Shown here piece after piece: positions 39,760 through 53,084 of a DNA stretch of 64,000 bases. The translations under genes and the position numbers were made by a program. Position 1 is the stretch's first letter; the number at the start of each line of letters is the position of its first letter. The notes beneath the pieces were generated by a model. That model was not told the DNA's origin and searched no databases. It saw only the letters and a program-made list of their open reading frames with translations. The DNA is from Eledone cirrhosa (Eukaryota), in NCBI GenBank assembly GCA_964016885.1, contig OZ024740.1, positions 362,700,001-362,764,000 on the forward strand, in the 5' to 3' direction.

Positions 39760-40975
39760 TTAAGATATATTTATCAAACTTGGGTAAGTTTGTTTTCATG
39801 ACTTGTTCTTTCGATCTCACTCGATAAACCCGCCATTGGCTTTGATGATGGCCTCAAGGCAGCCTCGGAACCGGCTACAGGCCTTCGTCACTGTCCCTCG
39901 ACTTATGCCCTTAAAGGCACTTGTGATCCTGGCCTTCAGATCGTCTTTCGTATTGCAGCTAGATCTGTTGGTGTCTCGTTCCACTGCGCCCCACACAAAG
40001 AAGTCGAGGTGGTTGCAGTCAGGCGAGCTGGGAGGCCTGATGTCAGGTGAAGTGTGGTCGACGAAATTCTCTGATAGCCAGGCTTGGGTCTTTTGGCTGG
40101 TATGGCAGGGCCCTGAGTCTTGCTGCCACACGTACGGCCTACCTGTAGCTAACTGGTCGATCTAGGGCTTTACTACCTCGCTCAGAACGCGGATGTAGCC
40201 ATCGGTGTTCAGCTTGAGGCCCTCAAGGAAGAAATGAGGTGGCATGACGTCACCTTGACTGCTGACGACACCTAACACCAATGTTGTCGCTGGAAACTTT
40301 GTCTGCATGACTCTGGGCACGTCTTTGGATGAGACAGCGAGCCACCTGTTGTTCTGGGAGTTGATCTTCTGGTCTTGGCAGAAGTTTTTCTCGTCGGAGA
40401 AAAACCATAGCATGTCTGGCTTCAGTGGGTGTTTCAACTTGTTGATCAGCTTCTTTGCGTGCTTCAGTCGCTTTTCTTGCATCACCTTTGACAGAAATTG
40501 TTCTTTCTTCATCTTGTATGAAACGTAGCGAATGTCTTCATGTACCATCAGCCTAATGAGCTTTTCATCCACGCCTTTCTCCCTTGCAATGACACGCATC
40601 GACTTGCTAGGTTCATTGTTGTTGATATCCTGAACTTCAGCGACGAACTCGGGCGATCATGTGTTTTCCTCTCTGATGTTGCTTCGTAGTCGAATCCTGA
40701 ATCTTCCAATTCCTTTCTGACCTTTTCCACCACTCTCCTGCTGACGCCGAGAAAGTCTGAAATGTCTTTATTTGTCCTCCCGGCGCGGATTCCAAGAAGA
40801 ACTCCGTGTCTCTTCCACAAATTTGGAGGTTCAAAATTATTCATAATCAATTACTCTGAAAATAAATAATGGAAATATAGTCATTGTTTTTATGAAGACA
40901 AGAGTGACAACGGAAGTAAAAAATTTGCATAAAATTAGCAGTTGAAAATTGCGAACAAATATCGTCCACACCCTA
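39760..40975 (-). mobile_element. Tc1/mariner DD37D (maT-type) transposon, disrupted transposase, one TIR visible
   Basis: WFFSDEKNF...QQDSGPCH(37-aa spacing)..SPDCNHLD. Contains a stop and a frameshift. Terminal TA-tagggtgtggac at 40975; the other TIR was not found. Confidence 0.9.
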
Positions 40976-41284
40976 TATATATATATATATATATATATTT
41001 TATATATATGTGGGTTTATATACATGTGTGCGTGCTTCTATGTTTCTATGTATATATGTGCGTTTGTTTATATGCATGTCTGTGTGTTTATATATTTATA
41101 TATATATGTGTTTCTATATATTTGTGTGTGTGTGTGTGTGTGTATATATGTGTGTGTGTATATGTGTGTGTGTGCCTGTGTGTTTGTGTGTGCGTATGCG
41201 TGTGTATATGTATGTGTGTGTGTTTGTATATATATATATATTTATATATGTGTATGTTTTTATATATATTTTTATATGTGTGAA

Positions 41285-41545
41285 AGTCCGTGGATAGGGT
41301 ATTCAACTCATGATCATAAGGTCGTGAGTTCGGTTGCCGGTGGCGCGTTGTGTCCTTGAGCAAGACACACTATTTCACGTTGTTCCAGTCCACTCAGCTG
41401 CCAAAAATAAGTTGTACCTGTAATTTGAATGACCAGCCTTGTCACACACTGTGTCACACTGAATCTCCCTGAGAACCATGTAAAGGGTACGCGTGTCTGT
41501 GGAATGTTCAGCCACTTGCACGTTAATTTCATGAGTAGGCTGTTA
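41285..41545 (+). mobile_element. SINE family B copy
   Basis: gagttcggttgcc B-box, gtgtccttgagcaagacac core, gccacttgcacgttaatttcatgag tail. Confidence 0.8.
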
Positions 41546-41585
41546 TGTGGGTGTCTGTGACCTATAGACACACACACATATATAG

Positions 41586-41618
<33 letters not shown>

Positions 41619-41734
41619 CAGTGTATATATATATACACACGCACGCACACACACATATATATATGTACACACATATATATATACATATATATATTTACAC
41701 ACACACACATATACACACAAACATTTCCTATTTA

Positions 41735-42055
41735 GCAGGAAATATTCGCTACTCTCTCACAGCCACTATCACTTTCTCTCTATCTTTCTCTCTTTCTATT
41801 TATGCAGGTACCCGGAAAACCCCGTGTCTCGGCTCCCCGTGCCCCGATTTAAGCGGAATTTGTTTTATTCCAGTTGTATTCCCATTTCAGTGTCAACTTT
41901 CTTTCAAAGTATTTTTCCATTATGCGCCGTTTTGGCTGTATTAATTACAGACAAGCACAAAATCACATAGTTTTAGTAGTATACTAGACCACCCGTGACC
42001 CGTTGGGTCACGTTCACTTCAAAATATTTTTTAAAAATCATGTTCACTTAAACAT
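41735..42055 (-). mobile_element. Helitron-like 3' end joined directly to a Helitron-like 5' end
   Basis: Minus strand reads cgtgaccc-aac-gggtcacg hairpin, ggtggt, CTAG, then tatactactaaaactatgtg..., homologous to 4360-4570. Confidence 0.65.
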
Positions 42056-42284
42056 AATTATAACAATCGAAATCCCCAATAGGGGGAAGCGCCACAAATG
42101 GGTTGTTTAATACCCCGTCGATAGAACAACCCTCAACTTCGGGAGCGTGTTGTGCAAGTGCTCCTTTCTTCCTTTTGCTCTCTTCTTTAACCTACAGGCT
42201 TATAAACAGATTAATATAGAGAGATAAATAGGTAGAGTCAAATAATTAGATAGATGTTGTTATTGTTAGCACCGTAAAATGGAC

Positions 42285-42315
<31 letters not shown>

Positions 42316-42316
42316 G

Positions 42317-42407
<91 letters not shown>

Positions 42408-43054
42408 GTGTGTGTGTGTGATAGGGAAAAAGACATCAAATTATCATTTCCCAAATAAAATCTAACACACAGTGGTTGCTACATAACAGACATGTTTTAT
42501 TATTTATATTATATATATACACAAATATATACTGTATACACACACACATACACACATATGTATATATGTGTGTGTGCGTGTGTGTGAGTGCGTGTGTATA
42601 TGTATATATATATGTATATGTATATATATGTATATATATATATACATACATATTTTTCATAACGGACAGGAAGAACCACAGAAGATCAATAAAGACAGAA
42701 AAATGTTCGTGGAATTGATAAAACTTTATACTTTTGTTTATGCAGATCTAATAGTGTATATACAGTACATTCTGTCAACACATGTATGTATGTATGTATG
42801 TATGTATGTATGTATGTATGTATGTATGTATGCATGTATGTGTGTAAAATAGTTATGCATTCATTATAAATTATTCAACTTCAATAACAAATTTTTTTGA
42901 CTTATTGTCATTAAATTCAGATACATCTGCCAACTAATTTATTTATGTTTGAATATCTTAAGAATATATTTTTACCTCTTTTTCATTTGCTCTGTCTGTC
43001 TCTCTTTCCCTCACTCTTTTTCTCCCTTTTTTTTTCTTATTTACTTGTATATTG

Positions 43055-43305
43055 TTGGGCATCCACCGGTTCGAATGATCAATGTTCTAGTTGATTCGAT
43101 CACAGGAACAGCTTGCAAGTGGCAGAGCTTTCAACAGGCATGTGTTCCTTTAACTTACCTCGCTGGCAGATTCGGCGCGACACAGTGTGTGACATGGCTG
43201 AACCTTTGAATTAAAAATATAACTAGTTTCTTCGCGCTGAGCGGACTGGATTAATGTGAAATAAAGTGTTTTGCTCAAAGACAAAGCGCACAGCCGGGAA
43301 CCGAA
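43055..43305 (-). mobile_element. SINE family B copy
   Basis: gtgaaataaagtgttttgctcaaagacaaagcgc...ccgggaaccgaa. Confidence 0.65.
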
Positions 43306-44803
43306 TTAACATTTTCGCTGTTATATGTTGTATTTTTCTGTATTAATGATTTGATATCTTAGCTTATCTTGTATTAGTTTGTTTATTATGTGAAGCAAAC
43401 GGCATAATCACATATTCACGCCTTAGTCCTTTCTAATTAAAATTGAAACCAACAGTTTCTAAATCGATTGAAAATCATAAAATTGGAGTGTAGTAACAAT
43501 TCAAATGAAGGTACTCACTTTACACAATTTCATTAGTGCTCTTACAAAGGCATGATTGCCACTACATCCAAGTTTCCAAATTTCTAATAAATCTGATTCT
43601 GACATAATTAATATATATTCTTGGAAAATGTCCTTTTGAGACTTTTCAGTGACAAGTAATCAATGGTTTCTTAAAGATATAGAGTTAATAAGAATTGAAA
43701 TAACTGAAAAACATTAACTCAGTTAAAATAATGTCGTTTTCAATTATCATTGATAAGAAGACATCTTATCAAGGTGAAGAAACAAAGAGTGTGTGAGTGG
43801 AACATAAGGACGTTTGAAAATATAAAACTTCTTATTTAATTCAGAAGTTATTGACGAAGAAACACCAGCATACAGAGACATCCTCATTGAACAAAAACGT
43901 AAGTCAATGAATGGATTATTAGAATATTGACAGTTTAAATGGAAGAAATACCCAGAATGATTTTCGAAAGTATATATGTTTATCTAAGATGTCAAGAGCA
44001 TATTGTCATCTATATTTATTTATTATATAATTATGCTTGTACTATGTTATACAGTGGGAAGAAAGGATAGAGAGAGGGAGAGGGAGAGGGGGAAGAATTT
44101 TCATGAGAAGGATAGTAGTAATAGAGTGAAGTAGAAGAACGAGAAGGTCATGTACATGAGTGTTGATGGGAAGGGATAGTTGTAACAGTATGAGGTAGTA
44201 TGTTACGTGACTGGAAGAAGAGTAAAAAAGAGCGAAAGTAAGAGGGAATGCTGTTAAAGACAAATAATCAAACGTATACACACATATGTGATATATTGAG
44301 AACTGTCGTTATTTAAATGTTGGTGTTATCAGTAGGAATATTGGTTGATGAAGATTGTGGTTGCAGTAAGAAGGGAACAACAGAAACTGTAGCTTTCTTT
44401 ACTAATATATATTTTATCATCAATTTCACCCACGCGCTTTATTAACTCTTGTCTGTCACACTGAAGCTTTTACAAAGAACTCAGTTTCCAGTTTCCAGTT
44501 TCAATGACAATAAATAAAGTTCAGGACTAGTCGATTACATCAATTCCAGTGTTTGATTGGTACTTTATTAAAATAACTTTGTTTCCTTAAAAAAAATCAT
44601 CTATATATTAATTTATTGTTATATCAATACTTAAAAAGAATAATTTCATACATATATCTCTAGCTAATTGGGTAATTCTTTTTTGCCAATTCTAGCCATG
44701 GAACATTTAGCTCTAAAATAAAATTTTAATTTGGCAAACCTGCAGGCACATGAAAGTACAAATATTTTGACGTGTGTGTGTGTGCGTGCGTGTGGGGATG
44801 GGG

Positions 44804-44894
<91 letters not shown>

Positions 44895-45030
44895 ATTTTA
44901 CAAAACAAAAATTTTCCCACAAAAACAACCAGTAGCGCGTAATGTACTTTTCTGTATTTCGACAACGAATAGTTTACACACACACACGCACACACACATA
45001 TATATATACATATCACACACACACACACCT

Positions 45031-45065
<35 letters not shown>

Positions 45066-45134
45066 CATATCACACACACACACCTACACACACACACACA
45101 CACATATATATATACATATTACACACACACACCT

Positions 45135-45174
<40 letters not shown>

Positions 45175-45279
45175 CAGATATACATAAATATGAAAACGTT
45201 TCTTATATATTTCTTCAGTTGAGAAGAGAAAGGTGAATATTCATGGAATATTCATGTGCGTGGGTGTATTGCTTTACCT

Positions 45280-45314
<35 letters not shown>

Positions 45315-45532
45315 GAGAGAGAGAGAGAGAGAAAGAACGCTATCAATAAACGCATAAAATCTCCAGATTATTCAATGTAAAGTTTATAAAAAAATATTTT
45401 GCGCTTAAAAAATATTTTTCTATATTTCATTATATTATAATTTCCAATAAATTTAAGTATGATAAACATATTTACATTATTAGAGACATGGAAAAACTAA
45501 TATATAGATATAAATACAGAAGCACATACACA

Positions 45533-45621
<89 letters not shown>

Positions 45622-45744
45622 AAGGTGAACAGAATTAACAAAATAACAAAACAAACGATGTGTATTTGTGTGTATATGTATATATATATATATATATATA
45701 CACACAAATACACACACATATGCATACATATATATATATATGTC

Positions 45745-45796
<52 letters not shown>

Positions 45797-45806
45797 CATA
45801 TATATA

Positions 45807-45870
<64 letters not shown>

Positions 45871-45885
45871 TGTATATGTATATAT

Positions 45886-45960
<75 letters not shown>

Positions 45961-46009
45961 TTGAAATAAAACCCTTTTTGTACAGCCGACCATGTTATTC
46001 TTCAATCTT

Positions 46010-46049
<40 letters not shown>

Positions 46050-46053
<4 letters not shown>

Positions 46054-46239
46054 AACGAGTAGGATCCCGACGGCTGAGCTCAAGCCGTTTCGACAGCTAA
46101 TTCTGGACTAAATCAATTAGCCGTCGAAACGGCTTGAGCTCAGCCGTCGGGTCCTACTCGTTCCTATTACCCACTCTACTACCCTAAGTAGTACTTTGGT
46201 GCGTTATGGTCCACCTGGTTCCTTACCACATTTCCTTCG

Positions 46240-46241
<2 letters not shown>
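46050..46241. mobile_element. Mini inverted-arm insertion of the 31799-35640 PLE family
   Basis: 46115-46241 matches 35508-35639. 46050-46113 is an inverted copy. Only the 3' half of the hammerhead is present. Confidence 0.9.
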
Positions 46242-46286
<45 letters not shown>

Positions 46287-46331
46287 CATAATCGGAGAAA
46301 CCTATGCTTAATTAAAAACATTTTGAAGACC

Positions 46332-46425
<94 letters not shown>

Positions 46426-46613
46426 AACGGAGAAAGCTAATAGCGATATTCCGGCCAAATTCCAACTCACTCAACAAACATTAGGAAATATCTGAGTATA
46501 TTCATATTTAAACGTTCGGGGTGCTAACTATATTGTATTGTGTGGAGAATTGGCTGTATCATTTCATATGAGATATATCAAATATATCTCTTCCCAGACG
46601 ACTCGTTTCATTA

Positions 46614-49600
46614 ATTGGGCGTGAAGCTGGGCGTGAAGCTGGGCGTGAAGCTGGGCGTGAAAATCGGATTACCTTCCGAACACGCCCAGGCCTACCACCC
46701 CATGTAGGTCCAAAGCTCCGTGCTGCAGCTTCCTTGAATCGGAACTCAGCACAACATGAAAGTTTTAGTCTGCGTGATGATGGGCAGATCTGGAGGTTTG
46801 TTAAGGCTGGTGAAACGTGGAAGAGAGATGCCAACTGGTCTGAGTGTGATCTACCCACAATAACTGGCAATGTAAAAACTGGTACAACTCTGGGAAACTA
46901 AACCAGAACAACCTGCCACCCTCTACACACCATCATAAACTGCGAGCAGGGTACAAATTGTTGTCCTTAAATACTCGCAGTCTATGCAACAAGATACATC
47001 TGTTTGAATCCTACGGCAGAAGCATCGACCCTGACTTCATCACAGTCACGGAAACATGGGCACATTCCTTACTCTGTGATGGGGTTTTCAGCATTCCTGG
47101 GTACAACCTTTTCCGCAAGGACCGCATTAATCGCCGTGGCGGTGGTGTGATGGTCTACGTTTGTTTAAACTTTTCGGTAATTCCTTGCGTTGATTTGAAC
47201 GAATCACAGGAAGAAGTTTTTTTCTGTGACATACGTATGACCATGTCAACACTTCTGCTTGGTGTTGTTTATCGCCCCCCAAACTACCATCAGGACACAC
47301 AGCTTTGCGATATCCTCAGAGTTGCTGCCAAGAAAACAGCCACTTATGTGTTTATTGCAGGTGACTTCAATCATCCTGAGATCGATTGGGAAACCTTTCG
47401 TTGGCCACAAGGTGCAAACGATTTCCTTGAACTAGTGCTGGACTCAAACTGGTCACAAGTAGTCACCTCTCCAACAAGAGGTGACAACATTTTGGACCTG
47501 ATCTTCACCACTACTCCTGAAGTGGTTATCTGTTGTACTACTGAGGAACCTCTAGGCGACTCTTATTATGCTATGATCATTGCCAATCTGGCACTTGAGG
47601 GCAGCAACAAAAACCAGAGCCATCTCCAATCTGCTTGCTTTGATTGGAAGAGGGCGGATTGGAACTTGTATTGCACTGAGCTACAGCGCCCAAACTGGCA
47701 TGAGATGTATAACTCTGGAGATGTGAATACTATACTCCAGAGCATCCTGGACTCAATATGGATAGCGTGTGCAGCATCGGTGCCACATAAGCGGAAAAAT
47801 AACCACCCCAAAAGTGCAATTTGGGAAACTTCAGCGGTCCGACTTGCCAGGAAAGAACGTCGGAACGCTGAACGGGAATATAAACTGCATAGATCAGATG
47901 TCAACAGAAAAAAGCGGAATAAATCTTCTAACCATCTCAAGCAAGTGACAAAGAAGGCAGTGCTTGAATTTGAACAGTGCATAGCAACCAATCCTGACAG
48001 TAAGGTGTTCTGGAAATATGTTCATTCAAAGCAGAGACCTCACTCTCCAGTTGGTCCACTTCGCAATCCCCACACAATCCAGATCACTGACGATCCCAAA
48101 GAATGCGCAGAACTCATTGCTGAATGCTATGCAAGTATTTTTACTGTTGAAAACCAGAATGTACCATCTCCACCATCTCTAACATCAAATTCCATAACAA
48201 CTATGGAATTTACACCTGCAATGTTGCGACGTCACCTTAAGAATAAGCGCAACTATGCCTCCCCTGGTCTTGATGGTGTTACATACCTGCTTCTCAAACG
48301 TGGTGGGTATTTCCTTTTGCGCCAGCTTTCTTTCTTCTTTCAATACTGTCTCAACAATGGTGCTACTCCGGAGCAGTGGAAAACTGCCAGTGTCATTCCC
48401 CTGTTCAAAAAGGGCAACCGCATGTCACCTGTCAACTATCGTCCAGTCAGTCTTACTAGCTGTATGGCCAAACTGATGGAATCCTGTGTCAGAGAAACAC
48501 TTTGGAACTTCTGGAGCTCTCACAGCCTCATCTGGCCCTCCCAGTTTGGATTTATCCCTAACTCCAGCTGCTGTGATCAGCTTATCGAGTTCCTTGAGGA
48601 CATCACCCGGATCACTGACAGCGGCTCATGGGTAGATGTTGTTTACCTTGACTTTGCTAAGGCTTTTAATTCTGTGCCACACAAAAGACTTATGGCAAAA
48701 CTCTCTGCAATGGGTGTGAGGGATGATCTTTTCGACTGGTTGAAATCCTTCATTCTCAGCCGAAAAGAAGTAGTCACGGTTCTAGGACAGCATTCTTCAC
48801 CATATGAGATGTCATCTGGTGTACCACAGGGATCTGTTCTTGGTCCCCTTTTGTTTGTGGCATATATTAATGACATAGATGCCAACTTACAGAATGCCAC
48901 GGTACTGAAATATGCAGATGACATCAAGCTGTACCTTGAAATCAAAAGGACTGATCCTGAAATTTACAACTCTTTCCTACAATCAGACCTGGATACAATG
49001 CAGCAATGTATCTCAGACTGGCAACTGAAGCTGGCTGTGGACAAGCGTACCACCATGCATTTTGGAAGGAAAAATCCAGCGTCCACATACTCCCTCCACA
49101 ACACTGATATCAAGAAGTCCTCCTGTGAACGTGACCTGGGCATTACTGTCAGCAGCGATTTGCGTTGGACAAAGCATGTCTCTAAGATTGTCAAGAAGGC
49201 CGAGGGTGTCTTGGCATCACTCAGCAAGACCTTTGTTAGCCGCTCTCCAGCCATCTATTTAAAACTGTATACAGCTATGGTACGACCAACTTGGAATTCG
49301 CATCATCAGTCTAGAACCCCTATCTTGCTCAGAACATTGACCTCCTGGAAACTGTTCAGAGACGTGCAACCAAGCGCATACCCTCCATCAGACACCTACC
49401 ATACTCTGAACGCCTTGCTTCCCTGGGCATGGATTCATTGAAGCTCCGACGTCTGGCAATGGACTTGGTGAATACCCACAAAGTTATTAACCATCTCGCC
49501 AATTGCAACCCTGAGCCCCTTTTTGATCTCCATGTGTCTAACACACGTGGACATGCCTACAAAATCAGAAAACAGCACTGCTCCCATGACTTTCGTAGAC

Positions 49601-50010
49601 ATTTTTTCACGCTCAGAGTTGCTGAAGCATGGAACAAACTGCATACGTCAGTTGTTAGCTGCCGAGACACTGCATCCTTTAAGACACTCATGCTTCCCGA
49701 AATACGCCAAAACTACACCTGATGTACCCCTTCCATACACATGCACACATGTGTGTATCATGACTCGTGCACTGTTCATTTTACTGATGTTTGTGCATTG
49801 CCCTATGTACTGTACATGCACTTTTTGATGAGTTGTGGTGCACCTGGGCACTGTACACAATATTTCATTATTATTATTGTTGTTGTTATTATATCATGAC
49901 TCATACACTGTTCATTTTCCTGACATTTGTACATTCTATGTACTATACATGCACCTTTGATGAGTTGTAGTGCACCTGAGCACTGTACACAATAATTTCA
50001 TTATTATTAT
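46614..50010 (+). mobile_element. CR1-clade LINE, near-complete ORF2, duplicated 3' UTR, (ATT)n tail
   Basis: APE+RT ORF. 5' 12-mer repeat ctgggcgtgaag. 3' UTR repeated at about 49756-49880 and 49892-50010. Confidence 0.92.
46958..49722 (+). pseudogene. LINE ORF2 (AP endonuclease + reverse transcriptase) with a frameshift near 49290 and a nearby stop
   Basis: LNTRSL, VTETW, GDFNHP, LDLIF, NYRPVSLTS, YLDFAKAF, GVPQGSVLGP, YADD. The C-terminus continues in the 49429-49722 frame (NTRGH..RRHFFTLRVAEAWNKL). Confidence 0.92.
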
Positions 50011-50984
50011 TATAAGATTTCTACAAGTTAGGTGAAATTATACCAAATTATGTAGAAGCTTGTATAAGATCAACAGATACTTATACAAGTGGGCTCTTAT
50101 AGTTCTTCAGTGGGTGCCCAATAATAATATTGATAACCAAATCAACATCAATATTTAGCGATAATCACCATCAGTGCTTGAGGGAGCTGCTAGGTTGTTA
50201 TTCCAGCAGTTCTAAAGAAAATCTCACACTGTCTCGAAAATAGGGGGAAGGAGACTACCGCCAAAAAAAATACATGCGCAGTTCAGTTGAATTCTGATAC
50301 GAATTCAAGCCACGTACTTAGAACTCAATTGGATATGAAAAAATAACCATATGTGCGCTTCGCTTAATGACACATATAGATATTTTCCCGGGCAAAATAA
50401 CAGAATGAGATACAAGAACAAACAGTCAATATTCATATAAAAAATAAACAAAGAGAGTCTTACCTTATATCGGGAAAGTTCATATCTGTTGCACCAAGAG
50501 TAAATATATAAATACATAAACGGAGAAAGCTAATATATATATATATATTAATATATTTTAAAATAGCAAAAGATGGAACCTCTACATGGTCGCTTAAACT
50601 GCTAGACGTTGCACCCAAATCTTCCTCAAATCACTAAAAACAAAAGAAGCGGGGAGGCGACACTGGACAGTGTAAACCTGTTCAAAAACACATTATTATC
50701 GCAGTTCTAGACAGTTCGATCATAGCTCTACTTTATCAGTATTGAAATAAAGTCACAGTAGATAATTTAATAAGGTATAGATTTATACTTACACCATCAC
50801 TTAACGTGCACATTCTTCTCTGCTTAGCTGAAACGATCGTAAAACAACGAGTCAATATATATATACGCATAATAAAATAAATAGGGATGGACTACAAAGT
50901 AACTGTCTTTTGTTTATTATTAATATTATTATTAATTATTATAATATCTATATATATATGCGTGTGTGTGTGTACATATATATG

Positions 50985-51076
<92 letters not shown>

Positions 51077-51399
51077 TAAATACATATGTATATATATATA
51101 CATATATACATACATATATATATACATATATAAATTTTAGTACAGCATTGACGAAGCTTTAGTATACGGCCAAACTAGCGTGTATGCATAATCGGTCTGT
51201 AGCTTTAGCACTCAGATGTGGTCAGACCCCAGAGTAATAACATTACGTTCAGACAGCTTAGCAAATCCGACCGCATTACCAGAGCAACGAAAATACAGGA
51301 CCCAGGAAAAGATTTTATACTGAGCTGGACATAACGCTGAGGCTGAGTGTAAAATATATAACTCACATGGTGTATCCACAATATAGATCGCAATATCGC

Positions 51400-51512
51400 A
51401 CGCAACATCAGCGCTAAGTTTCTGCAAATCCATGATCGACAAATTCCTATTGCAGGAGTCTGCAATATAATGGTTTTTGACGACAGAACATAGGATTTAC
51501 TTCTTCAGCAAG
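51400..51512 (-). ncRNA. Degenerate hammerhead-like motif
   Basis: CTGAAGA a gtaaatcc...ggatttgc a GAAA cttagcgctgatg TT. 8-bp stem II but stem I does not pair. Lies in a ~430-bp island between TA-rich tracts. Confidence 0.4.
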
Positions 51513-51612
51513 TCTTTCGTTCTTAGCCAAAGCGGGTATGTTGTAACTTTAAAAGTCGGATATATATGCATATACATATATACATACATATATACATACA
51601 TATATACATATA

Positions 51613-51685
<73 letters not shown>

Positions 51686-51686
<1 letters not shown>

Positions 51687-51899
51687 GTATAAAAATCAAT
51701 ACAATATAATTACCTCATTACCAGAGGTTTCCCGAATGAGGCGAATACGAAAGAAACGTCTTCATTCGTTCGTCAGACGAGGCAATATAATGAGGTAATT
51801 ATATTGTATTGATTTTTATACACTAAATTTTGCTCTGATACTTACATAGAGCACTCTTCACGTCTATGACCTTTTCTGTTTTCAACGGAAATTTCAATA

Positions 51900-51901
<2 letters not shown>
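51686..51901. mobile_element. (TA)n-embedded element with 35-bp inverted arms and a hammerhead
   Basis: Arms 51686-51720 and 51788-51822 plus an ~80-nt tail. Confidence 0.75.
51709..51786 (-). ncRNA. Type I hammerhead ribozyme
   Basis: attgcctcgt CTGACGA a cgaatga...tcattcg g GAAA cc tct gg TA atgaggtaat. 10-bp stem I and 7-bp stem II. Confidence 0.85.
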
Positions 51902-51952
<51 letters not shown>

Positions 51953-52273
51953 TAAAAGAGAAAACACAGGTAAGCATTAAGAGAAGGATTTTATCCAGGT
52001 ATTTACGACCGTTTCATTGGTAAGTGCAACCTTATATTGCTATACTGCAAATAGCAGCAACTCAATTAGAATTGTTATCCAAAGTTTCAAAATTTTGAAA
52101 ATTTGGACGTGAACAACAATTACAATTGAGAGGCTGCTACATGGATATAGAGTAGTGGCCGTACTCGAAAACGAGTTGGCAGCCACCATGTATGTACGTA
52201 TGTATGTATGTATGTATGTATGTATGTATGTATGTATGTATGTATGTATGTATGTATGTATGTATGTATGTAT

Positions 52274-52883
52274 GTCAGGTCACCAGTTGGTGCTACTGGT
52301 AACATGCATCCCAGTACAACCTGTCTCATGGTCGGGTCGTTGGCGACTAAACTGGCAACCCCACCAAGGTTGCTTGGTGAGGAGGGTGACTTTGGACATC
52401 CTGCAGGACTAAAAACAAAACCTGTCAAAGGGCAAAGGAGCTCTTAAGAGTCAATGGCCATCCAAAATCACCGGGAGAGATGACCCCTTAGCCTTTGTCA
52501 AGGCAGAATTCTAGGAGAAGGAAAACTCTGATATAACACCTGCAACTCTGAAGGTATCCAATGATGTTGACTTGTTCTTCTTTTTGGTAAATATCATCTT
52601 GGTTAAGAGAGTGGGACTGGCTTTGTGCAGTGCCTTTGCTCACTATAAAAGCTTCACGGCACAGGCATTGCTTTATATCTGGAGATCTCTCTGCACTTGT
52701 CGTCACATGGTACCATGGGCCCAGCACTATGTGTCAATAATTGTCACAAGTGTAGTGTTTGTACCAGAGTTTTCAAGTCGCTGGCTGGACTGAAAAGTCA
52801 CACTCGTTTAGCGCATCAGTAGGGGTTCTCCTACATGGATATAAAGTAGTGGCCGTACTCGAAAACGAGTTGGCAGCCACCAT
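52274..52883 (+). mobile_element. Bipartite RTE-derived non-autonomous element (RTE 5' UTR + 3' end) with (GTAT)n tail
   Basis: 5' part has the RTE-like ggagaaggaaaactctga. 3' part encodes a relic zinc finger CSVCTRVFKSLAGLKSH and ends ctcgaaaacgagttggcagccaccat. Other copies at 52136-52189, 55441-55883, 56893-57246 and 21891-22360. Confidence 0.8.
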
Positions 52884-53084
52884 GTATGTATGTATGTATG
52901 TATGTATGTATGTATGTATGTATGTATGTATGTATGTATGTATGTATCTATGTATGTATGTATGTATGTATGTATGTATGTATGTATGTATGTATCTATG
53001 TATGTATGTATGTATGTATGTATGTATGTATGTATGTATGTATGTATGTATGTATGTATGTATGTATGTATGTATGTATGTATG

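Larger units (their letters stand above)
46421..50535 (-). mobile_element. ~700-bp retrozyme-like hammerhead unit interrupted by a CR1 LINE
   Basis: 22-bp terminal redundancy acataaacggagaaagctaata at 46421-46442 and 50514-50535. Hammerhead halves at 46593-46613 and 50011-50114. Confidence 0.75.

Noticed and set aside
45190-45222. Minus-strand CTGAAGA...GAAAcgTT
   Set aside because: No credible stem II and only a 2-bp stem I; expected by chance in AT-rich DNA.
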